Source: Mobula hypostoma (taxonomy: Eukaryota). Taken from it: 64,000 nucleotides of DNA. Shown one piece after another: positions 26,765 through 37,056 of the stretch. The position numbers and the translations under genes were made by a program. The first letter of the stretch is position 1; each line of letters starts with the position of its first letter. A model generated the notes under the pieces. It was not told the DNA's origin. It saw only the letters and a list, made by a program, of their open reading frames with translations, and searched no databases. The stretch lies in NCBI RefSeq assembly GCF_963921235.1, contig NC_086097.1, forward strand, positions 74,030,001-74,094,000, written 5' to 3'.

Positions 26765-27740
26765 GTGGATGGTTGTTTTTCAGACTGGAGGCCTGTGACT
26801 AAAGGTGTGCCTCAGTGGTCAGTGTCGGGCCCACTGCTGGCTGTCAACTTCATCAATAATTTGGATAACAATGTCAAGGCACAGTTAATAAAATTGCAGA
26901 TGACACTAAAATAGGCGGAATAGTGGACAGTGAAGACAATCAAAAATTTCAGGGGGATCTTGATCACCTGAATAAGTGGTCCAAGGCATGGCAAATCGTG
27001 TTTAATTCAGATATATGCAAAACGTTGCATTACGGAAAGTCAAGTCAAGGTGGGACTAAAACACTGAACAGCAGATCCTGGAGAGTAGAACAGAACTACC
27101 TTGGAGTTCAAGTGCATAGTTCCCTGAAAGTAGAGTTACAGACAGACAGGGTGATGAAAGTGCTTTTGGTACACTAGCCTTCATCAGTCAGGACATTGAG
27201 TACAAGAATCTGGGATGTCATAGAGCAGTTGTACAATATGTTGATGAGGCCATACTGAAGATCAGATTTGGTTCAGTTTTGGTCATCCTATTATTGGAAA
27301 GATATTATTTGCATTGGAAAGTGTGATTTACAAGGCGTTGTCAGAACATGAGGAACTGAGTCAAAGGGAGAGTTTGGACAGACTGGGACTTCATTCCTTG
27401 GGAGATTGAGAGGTGATGTTATAGAGGTATATAACATTATCGGGGCACAGCTAGGGTGAATGCACTCAGTCTTTTTCCCAAGGTTGTGGAATCAAAAACA
27501 AAATGGTAAATAAGAACTTGAAGGGCAACATTTTTGTATACCAAGGGTGATATCCACGTGGAATGAGCTGCCAGAGGAAGTGGACAATAAAAACTTTTAA
27601 AATACAGTTGGCCAGGCACATGGATAGGAGACGTTTTGGAGGTTATGGGCCAAACATTGGCAAATGGAACTAGCTTGGATAGATATCTGGTCAGCGTGGA
27701 CCAGTTGGGTCTATTTTCCATGCTTCATCATTCTATGATG
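26765..27740 (+). mobile_element. Degenerate CR1 LINE RT and 3' end
   Basis: WRPVTKGVPQWSVSGPLL, IADDTK and LGVQVHSSLKV. Confidence 0.85.
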
Positions 27741-28032
27741 AAAGTATTAAGTATGAAAGAAAGATCAGAGATGGAAGAATGTGAAATATGCAAGATGGGA
27801 AAACAGTTAAAAGTTCAGTATTACTATTCACACCAGAACACTGTGAGTGAAACTGTATACCAGAAGAACAAATAGCTGGGCAAGTGATGGGAATCTGGTG
27901 TGAGAACCCTAAGAATCACACTCTGTAGCCCATTTTAAATTGTGACTTTAACAAACATGTATGTCATAATGAGCCAGTGCTCAGATTTACTACACGACTG
28001 GAATATGTAAGCAAATGTGCATAAAATATGAT

Positions 28033-28250
28033 AAACAGAAGAGATTTTGTAGATGCTGGAAATCTTGAACACCACACTTAAAATGCTGAAAGAACTCAAG
28101 AAGTCAGGCAGCATCTATGGAGGAGAATAAATAGTTGATGGTTCAGGCAGAAACTCTTCCATCAGGACTGGAAAGGAAGGTGCCAGAAACTAAAATAAGA
28201 AGGTAGGGGGAATGGAAGGAGTACAAGCTAGCAGGTGATCGGCGAGACAA
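28033..28250 (-). mobile_element. Penelope-like terminal fragment with decayed hammerhead
   Basis: Homologous to the elements at 31680-31845 and 49238-49606 (GCAGCATCTATGG...CATCAGGACT). Confidence 0.7.
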
Positions 28251-28559
28251 TATGAATTTGCTAACTCCTTGTCATTCCCAGGAAGTTCTTACATTCAAGT
28301 GTAAAGGTAAAGTTAACCTTGGATTGATTTACTGCATGATGTCCTTAAATGGAGAGGAAAATTATCCCAGTGCACTTAGCCAACAATTCAAAAAATAAAT
28401 TCTACGCATACATGATCATTTGTAATATTCATGCATAATTGGAAATATCTTTGCATATGTTCCAGCAACTGAGCCATCTATATTTCTACTATGGCATAAA
28501 TAAAACCTTACACAACCTGATCCCACAGGTTTACTGATAGTGTACAATACTGGCTGTCA

Positions 28560-29320
28560 TTGAGTAAAACAGTACAGAAATGGACCCTGACCCACCATTT
28601 ATATTAATCCAGTTTACCTGCATAAGATCCCTATCCTTCCATGCACTGCCTTTTATAGTACCTGTCTAAGTGTCTCTTAAACAGCAATTGTATCTAATTC
28701 CACCATCTCTTGTGGCAGCAAATTGCTGGCAAATTCTGTGTAAAAGAAAAATTCCATCAAATCCTCTTTAAAACTCCTTCCTCTCACCCTTAAACTACTT
28801 GCACTTGTTTCTGTTACTGCTGTCTTAAGAAAAGGATTCTATTTACCCTTGCTTTGCCTCTTATAACTTTATGTACCTCTAGTAGGTCATCCCATCGGCC
28901 TTGTTTGCTTCAAGAAAAACACACTCGGCCTATCTGATCTTTCACTATAATTAAAGTCCACCAAAGCAGGCAACATCCTGGTGAACTTCATTTGCTCTTT
29001 CTCCAGCAGGACTACATCCTTCCAATAGCGTGGAAACCAAAACTGCACAGAATACACCAAATGTAGTTTAACCAATGTCTTGTAAAGCTGAGATAGAATG
29101 TCCTAACTGTTATATTCCGTGCCCCAAACTATGAAGGCAAGCATTCCCTATGCTTTTGTCACAAACTTATCTACCTATGCTACAACTTTCAGGAACCGTG
29201 GACTTGAACTCCAACATCCTTCTGTTTGACAACATTCCTCAGCACTGTATCATTTACTGTTTCTGTCTTACCCCTATCTGACTGCTCAAAATGGGTCATC
29301 TTGCACTTGTCGGGATTAAC
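28560..29320 (-). mobile_element. Degenerate CR1 LINE 3' region
   Basis: LVKLHLVYSVQFWFP, KFTRMLP and NPDKCKMTHF. Confidence 0.85.
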
Positions 29321-31679
29321 GCCCATGAAAATAAACATGAAATTGAACTTAAATTTTATCTGACAATGCTCTGTCAATGCTCTATCAACGCAGTTATTTA
29401 AAGAACTTAATCCTGGAGCCAATTAACAAAAATCACCCAAAGGTGGGTGGGTGGTGTGGGGGGGGGGGGTGTAAAGTAGCTTAAAACTCTTTATTCAACT
29501 GTTATTTAGTGCCTTCACAATTAACCTTGCCTGTGAAAAGGTAAAGTTCAGCATTTGTGAGAAAGAAATATTATTACATTAACTTAAACTTCCTCTCCCA
29601 CCTCCATCAACTGTCCTCCGAAAAGCCCAACTTCCTGCCAAGTAATTTAAGAGTAGCTGCCAACCTTGAAATGTTTGCGTAATGATATGCAAAAATCATT
29701 CTCAATATAATTGGAGTTTTGGAACTGGATGGCGACATGACTAAATATAGTAAAATTAAGCACTTAAAATTAATTAAGGAACTCTAAGATAATTAAATGA
29801 CTGACCTTGACATTAACATCTATACATTTTTACCATTTATCAATGACTTTAAAATTTGCTTTCTTAGACAGAATCTATTGTAAATCAAAATGAATTTATG
29901 AAAGAAAACAGTGCAGTAGTCTTTCAGCATTTCAATTAGCATTTTGATATTTTGTTCAATTAAGTGTTAGATTAACATTTAAATGTTCAACAATCTTTGG
30001 TTTTAAATACATTTGCCACATTATTTGTTAAAAAGTAAGTAATGGCTCTCTTTACGAGCTTTACAAATGAGTGATCAATGAGAGATGATTAGGAATGATT
30101 TAATGAAGAAAACAGTGAAAGGAGAAAAATAAAAATAAATATATTTGTTAATTTGTGAGATCCATTATATTTTTGTTCATTGACACATAGGAATACAGAA
30201 ATAGAATCAGTAGGCCATTCAGTTCTTTATGCTGCAAAGTCATTCCTAATACTAATATCAGGGCAAGATTGCAGTAACACCATTACAGAATAAAATATCT
30301 TTATTGTTATTTTTTCCCAAATGCCTTTGCACCTCTGCTTTAGCTTTGCTTTTCTTTCCCCATTCTTCCTGTACATATAAAGGGAGAAACAGAAGAGAGG
30401 GGACAGAATGAGATGGATGAATGAGTGATGAGGGGAAATTCTGAAACCTACACAGATAGGACAAGTTAAAACAAGTTAGACTGGAATGAACTGCAAAAAA
30501 CAACGGAGAAGCAAAATTGTCTGTGGCTGCAAAGGAATAGCAGCTAACATGGAATGAAGCTGTTACGTGCAAAATAATGAGCTCAGTCAATTTTGATGCA
30601 GTCCACTGCTTGTGCTCATACTCTCTTCTCCTGCATCTGCCTCACAGGGCCAAACTGGAAGTCAGGACAGTACAGCTAACCTTGCAGGTAGAACAAGTAG
30701 TCAAGTAACATTTTATCAATAGACACTGGATCCGGAGGCACTGTCTTCCCGGATGGCCTTTGAACTGTTTCTAAATGTCTCCGATAAAGAGAAACTGAAA
30801 GAATATTAAAATAGATTTAAACAATTTACCTAAAATTATATCAACTTAAATAATCTTACAGGTCTGGAAATTCATTACATTAATAAACATAAAGATAAAA
30901 ACTTTAAAAATCTGATCACATATTTGCAACTCACTCTTTTCAATCAAGGTTGGTGACCACATTCAGATTAACGGGACTGTGTTGCAAACACAATCAAAAT
31001 TTACAGTTCAATGTAAATGTATTATCAAAGTATATATATATCACCATATACAAACCTGAGATTAATTTTTTGTGGAACTACTCAATAAATATCAATAACC
31101 ACAATACTCAACAACCATAATAGAGTAAATAAAAGACTACATCTACCGGGCACTCGAGCAGTGTGCATTTTCCTCTCAGCTCATTGATGAGCTCAGTGGC
31201 AAAGTGGAAAGTCAGATTTAGAGACACAGATATCAGAAACAGGTTGATCCAGAGGAGGGCTTCCCATTAGATGTAGCTTTATAAGCTGTTGGTCGCACCA
31301 CACAGGAGTATTTTGAGCAGTTTTGGGCTCCTTATCTAAGAAAGGATGTGCTGGCATTGGAAGGAGTTCAGAGGAGGTTCACAAGAGCGATCCCGGGAAT
31401 GAAAGCTTTAATGTATGAGGAGTGCTTGATGGCTCTGGCTTGTACTCGCTGGAATACATGGGGGTGGGGGGGATTCTCACTGAACCTATTGAATGTGAAA
31501 AGATCTAGATAGAGTGAGCATGGAGAGGATGTTTTCTATAGTGGATGAGTCTAGGACCATAGGGCACATCCTCAGAAGAGGATATTCCTTTAGGACAAAG
31601 ATGGAATTTCTTTTGTCAGAGGGTGGTGAATCTGTGGAATTCATTGCAATATGGAGGTCAAGTCATTGGGTATATTTAA

Positions 31680-31845
31680 ACAACAACACAAAATGCTGAA
31701 GGAACTCAGCGAGCCAGGCAGCATCTATGGAAAAGAGCAAACAGTCAACGTTTCAGGCTGAGACCCTTCATCAGGACTGTCTGGCCTGCTAAGTTCCTCT
31801 AGCATTTTGTGTATGTTGCTTGGATTATTTGTTTTTTGGTCTTTA
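31680..31845. mobile_element. Fold-back Penelope-like mini-element with 11-bp TSD
   Basis: TSD GGTATATTTAA at 31669-31679 and 31846-31856; imperfect inverted arms. Confidence 0.8.
31741..31780 (-). ncRNA. Minimal type I hammerhead ribozyme (Penelope-associated)
   Basis: Minus strand ACAGUC-CUGAUGA-AGGGUCUCAGCCU-GAAA-CG-UU/GACUGU: intact core, perfect 6-bp stem I, palindromic ACGU in place of stem III. Confidence 0.75.
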
Positions 31846-33254
31846 GGTATATTTAAGGCTGAGGATAGGTTATTGACATTAAAGGTGTCAAAGGTTACAG
31901 GCAGAAGGCAGGAGAATGAGTTTGAGGGGGATAATAAATCAGCCATGACAGAATGGCAGAGCAGACAAGATTGGCCAAACAGCCTCATAATGCTCCTAAC
32001 TGTCTTATGGTCTAGATCTCCACAGAGATGCTAGCAAAAGGCACTGAATGTATTGAGTAAAAATATCTAGTTTTGTTAAAGATGCAATCCAAATTGATAG
32101 CTAATTGACTTGTGAAGGCTGTTCCTAGAATACTTAATTTCCAGAATGACAAAATGGTAACTGCATCCCAGACAGTTGGAAAGCAATGACCTTTATTTTG
32201 CTTCAATTCAATTTCTGGGTATTCAAGACAAAGATTACGAAACAGAGATCAGTAGAACAGCCTACCTATTTGGCAAATTAGAAACATCTCAAGGATAGTT
32301 ATTCATTTCTGCAGCAACACTATTTGCTCTTCCTCAACAGTGCATCCAATTTAGATAACACCTATAGCACAATTTCAATTTAATTTTATTAGCTTCAGTG
32401 GAGATTACAAACAAGAGGGATACTCCTGATACACCATCTTTTGGTGCTCTTCTCTGCTTACAGACTACCATCATTCAAATATAGTGGAGCCATTTCAAGG
32501 TCAAATATTTCTAGTTTCCTGAATGAAATATGTAGCTGCCAATATTTAACTTTACAATGATTGCAAAGGATATTTTAGAAATGGATTTCTTGCCAGATTT
32601 GTCCACCAAACAAAGCACAGCTCTATTTCTTTTTTTTTGAATCATTACTTCAGCTCTGCAAGTTATTTTTTTTGCTCCAGTGTTAAAGAAAATTAAATGA
32701 CTGTGAACAGAATTACCACGGCACTTGTCATTAGATCCTCTAAATTTTGCAACTTGTTCAATTATGTAATGGTGGATATAGCATGCTAGGTGTTATTTTG
32801 AAATCTGAAATTTTAACCATTATTCCAGAAGCTCTAACCAAATTATTAAACCCATCCTTCTGATGCAGATTATTCACAGCAAGCGACTTGAGGTAGTGCA
32901 TAAATATCGCAAACCTTATCTTTACAAAATCCTCTAACTTCACTAGGAGAAAAATGAACCAATATCACATCCCTTACGCAGGCCAACATCCCGAGTATTA
33001 AGGTTCAAGTTACGCTCAGTCATCTATGACATATGGCTATATCATTGTAACGCCCTATATGAGGATGGATCATGAGATGGATAATCTATTCCAAGCTTTG
33101 CTATAGGAATAAATTACCAAGCAATGAAAATATTAAAGGACGTGAGAGTCGCTTTGAAGAGGAGCAACATTTCCAATGCGGAACCTCCATAAGACCAGAA
33201 GACATTGGAGCAGAAATAGGCATTCGGGCCATCGAGTCTGATCCATCACTCCAA

Positions 33255-33890
33255 CATAGTTTTGAATGCTGATCCATAGTTAATGAAGACCATCCAGATG
33301 AATGTATCTTTACAGTCCAGATGTTCCACAATTGAATGAAGAGCCAATGAAATGGCATCTACTGTTGACTGTGTGTATGACAGTAGCCAAACTGGAGCAG
33401 ACCCAAGTCGCTCCTCAGGGAGATGATGCTTCAACACCAACCTCTTGAAGCACTTCATTACAGAGATTGCAAGTGCAACTGGACAATAATCATTGAGGCA
33501 GGTTACCATGTTCTTCTTAGCCACTGGTAAAATTAAAGCCTGCTTGAAGCAGGTGGGTGCCTCAGACTGCTGAAGTGAGAGGTTAAAAATATCAATGAAC
33601 ACTCCAGCCAGTTGGTCAGCAAAGGTCTTTAGTACATTGCCAGATACCCCGTCTGGGCTGGATGTTTCTGTGGGTTCACCCTCCTGAAGGATGCTCTCAA
33701 GTCAGTCTCAGAGACTGAAATTGCAGGTTCGTAGGTGACTGTGGGAGTTCGTGAAGGTGTCTCCACATTTTGACAGTCAAAACAAGTATAAAAGGCATTG
33801 AGCTCATCTGGATGTTAAACTTTGTTGTCACCTATGTTGCCTGGTATCATTTCATAGAAGGTGACAGCATTCAAGCCCTGTCAGTTATTC
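33255..33890 (-). mobile_element. Rex1/Babar LINE RT fragment
   Basis: FIDIFNLSLQQSEAPTCFKQALILPVAKK...NDYCPVAL...MKCFKRLV and MVFINYGSAFKT. Confidence 0.85.
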
Positions 33891-34243
33891 CAGTTGGTAC
33901 AACAGTGGTCGAGCATGTTGGGTCCAGCACATAAGTTACTAAGAAAGCACAGCAGTGCCTCTACTTTCTTAGAAGTTTGCAAAGATTTGACATGTCATCT
34001 AAAACAGGGGTCCCCAACCTTTTTTGCACCGCGGACCGGTTTAATATTGACAATATTCTTGCGGACTGGCCGACGGGGTGGGTGTGGGGAGTGTTAATCA
34101 TGACCAGAATATATGTGATAAGTCAACTATAAGTCACTTATCAGTGGCTAATACACTCAATTTCATTTCTGAAAGGATTTATCTAATGAAGTTAATATTA
34201 AACACACAGCGCATATTTTCCTCGTATAAATATAGTGATAAGT

Positions 34244-34930
34244 GGAGGAGGAGAAGATGGTGGCGCGACGCAGCACGCGCAGCCTCTCCGGTGATGACTA
34301 TCTGTAATCTGTCAAGTAGGAGGCCGTGCACAATTCTGATTTGATGGAGGCAGACATGAGAGCACAGAGGAACATCTGGTGAAACTTCTGAAATGCCTGC
34401 TTCGATGCCGCTGCAACTGTGTGATCCAAAATCTCTGGAGGGGAAGGCCCCGAATCCTCGGCTTTGCCTGTTGCTTGGTGGCCGGGGCCAGGGTCAAAGT
34501 GCTCAGCAGAGATGGTGCTTGGTGCTCGGTGTCAGAGGGCTGGTCGGAGGCTTGAAGTTTTCGGATGCACTCAGAGTCGGACTGTGGTCAGGTGCTTCCA
34601 GGATGCTGCATCGGCAAGTTTGCAGCGCTGGAAGCTCATGGCAGGGAGAGTTTCTCCCTTCTACCGTCTGCGTGAGATGTTGGGGCTATCGGACTTTGAG
34701 ACTTTTTTTTTACCGTGCCCATGGTCTGCTCTTATCAAATTATGGTATTGCTTTGCACTGTTGTAACTATGTTAAAATTATGTGGTTTTTGTCAGTTTTA
34801 GTCTTGGTCTGTATTGTGTTTCTGTGATATCATACCGGAGGAACATTGTATCATTTTTTAATGCATGCATTTCTAAATGACAATAAACAAGGAATGAGTG
34901 CCCTCATAATCTAATCTAATCTAATCTAAT
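34244..34930 (+). mobile_element. ~690-bp non-autonomous retroposon, copy 2, nested in the hAT
   Basis: GGAGGAGAAGATGGTGGCG start, then AATGACAATAAA and an (ATCTA)n tail. Homologous to 4385-5073. Confidence 0.85.
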
Positions 34931-34954
34931 AAATCAATTGTAAGTCATAAGGGG

Positions 34955-36502
34955 GTTCCTTATGTCCAGTCTATTCCACAATTTAGTTTTCGTTGCATTC
35001 ATTGCAGAAAACCCCGCTTCTCAGAGATATGATGTTGGAAATGGAAGCAAGGTTTTCAGTGCTTTCGTGGCTATCTCAGGATATTCAGCCTTGATTTTGA
35101 TCCAGAATGCTGGCAGAGGTGTTATGTCAAACATACTTTTCAGCCCACCATCATTTGCAAGCGTGAGGAGTTGATCTTCTTCCCGCGCTGATATGGATGA
35201 TTCACCGGGGACAATAACAAATGGGCCACCGACCCATTCCTTTGCATGTCTTGGGTCATTTGCGATTGGGAAGTAACGCTCGAATTCTGTCAACAGTGAA
35301 GATAGGTGATCGCGCACCAGCTGTGAGCCTCAGTCTCTCCCAAATTCCCAGCTAATATTGGGAACATGTCGAATATGCCGCTGTCCACTCGCCGTCCCCA
35401 CAGTTCCAGTTTGGCTGTGAAAGCAGACACTTTATCTGCCAAGTTGAAGACAGTTGTTATTCTCCCCTGAAGTGACAAATTGAGTTCATTGAGCAGGTTG
35501 AAGATGTCACATAGATAAGCGAGTTTTGCTATCCACTCCTCGTCACTGAAGTGTGTTGCCAGTGGTGACTTTTTTCTTGAAAGGAATCTGTGCAGCTGTT
35601 CTCTTAACTCAAAAATCCTGGCCAGGTCTCTCCCCCTTGATAGCCACCTGACTTCAGTGTGTAACAGAAGGCATTTGTGGTCTGCATCCATTTCCTCGCA
35701 AAGATGCTCAAACAGACGTGAGTTAAGGACTTTTGCTTTGATGTGATGATAACTTCAACAATGTCACTCAATACGCTGTTAAGATCAGGTGACATTTTTC
35801 AGCTAGCCAGCATTTCCCTGTGTGTGACACAGTGTGTAGACTGGCATTCAGGAGCAACCTCTTTGACTCGGGTAGTGAAACCAGACTCGTTTAGCTGTTC
35901 CAACAGCTGTGCTTCAATACCCTCCGTTATGTCATCGATTCTCCTTGAAACTGTGGTAGCTGAAAGAGAAACCTGTGCCACCTTGTTAGCTGCAGCTTCT
36001 CCCAACAGCTCACGGCACATGTCCTTGGCAGGAGGCAGAATCAATTCTTCACCAACAGTGAAAGGCTTCATAACCTTAGCAATACAGCTAGCCACTAAGT
36101 ACGACGCTCTCAGAGCAGCAGCATTTGTGGAGGTGGTGGCTCTCAACACCTGCTTCTGTCCCGCTTGCTCACGTTTTTTTCCCGCTCAAAAAACCCAACG
36201 GGTTTGTCTTTAAGTGCAGGGTGATTGGACTCAAGGTTCCGAAGCAGTTTTGAGGGCTTCACTGCCTCATTAGACAGCTTGTCTCCACATATCACATATG
36301 GGGGGCTTGGAGCGTGTGAGTCACCTGTCACAATAAAGCCATATTTTATGTACAACTCGTCGTATTTTCTGTTGAAGGAAGCTTTCTTTTTTTTTGCAGT
36401 CTCGGCCTCAGCTGTCTCTGTGTTATCATCATCATTAGGCCTTTTATGTCCTCTACTATCTCTTCCAAAGAAACTCTCAAGCGGCGTTTGTTTTTCACCC
36501 AT
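34955..36502 (-). pseudogene. Buster-type hAT transposase pseudogene (frameshifts, stop codon, internal deletion)
   Basis: BED-like RKYDELYIKYGF...CGDKLSNEAVKPSKLLR, KPFTVGEELILP, THCVTHREML, LLLHTEVRWLSRG and LLPFPTSYL*EAGFS. Confidence 0.92.
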
Positions 36503-37001
36503 CGAGCAGTTGTAGGTTAATGACCGACTGATGACCTCGCGTGCGTTTAAGTTCAACAGTGGGCGTGACAGGGAATGAGGAAAGATGCAGTTGACTCATA
36601 TCGTTTCCTTGTGGCCTGGTAGCACATGTTTTGCGGCCCGGTACCGGTCCGCAGCCCGGTGGTTGGGGACCACTGATCTAAAACTTTGACAAATCTCTTT
36701 TGATGTGTGGTGGAGAGTATATTGATTGACTGCATCACAGCCTGGCTTGGAACCACCAGTGCCCTTGATCGTTATGCTACACTGTATCCCCTATTTGTCA
36801 AGCCCTTACCTTAAACTGTTCACAGTGCACAATGCTGCATTGGATCCGTTTTCACTACTTCTTTCTGCAGTGCCACTTCAGAAACTCCATGATTCCAGAC
36901 CCAGTATTACATTTCCAAGATCTTCTGAGAGTACAAAAATGACCTTGATTTCCATCACTCCTTCATTTCTCTCAATACATCTCCACAGATTTATTCTTCT
37001 T

Positions 37002-37056
37002 ATTCATCAACACCTCCTCCCCCAACTTCTAATTCATCAACACCTCCTCCCCCAAC
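37002..37056. repeat. 30-bp-period tandem duplication
   Basis: ATTCATCAACACCTCCTCCCCCAAC occurs twice. Confidence 0.85.

Larger units (their letters stand above)
31265..32012 (+). mobile_element. CR1 LINE 3' region hosting a Penelope mini-element
   Basis: QFWAPYLRKDVLALEGVQRRFTRAIPGM; tail TCTTATGGTCT. Confidence 0.85.
34005..36675 (-). mobile_element. hAT DNA transposon, Charlie/Buster group, with both ends intact
   Basis: 15-bp TIRs CAGGGGTCCCCAACC and CAGTGGTCCCCAACC. 8-bp TSD ATCTAAAA at 33997-34004 and 36676-36683, with the central TA of Buster targets. Inserted in a plus-strand Rex1 fragment. Confidence 0.95.

Noticed and set aside
29442..29470. G-rich runs (also 11784-11798 and near 53330), possible G-quadruplexes
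   Set aside because: Low-complexity homopolymers with no evidence of function.
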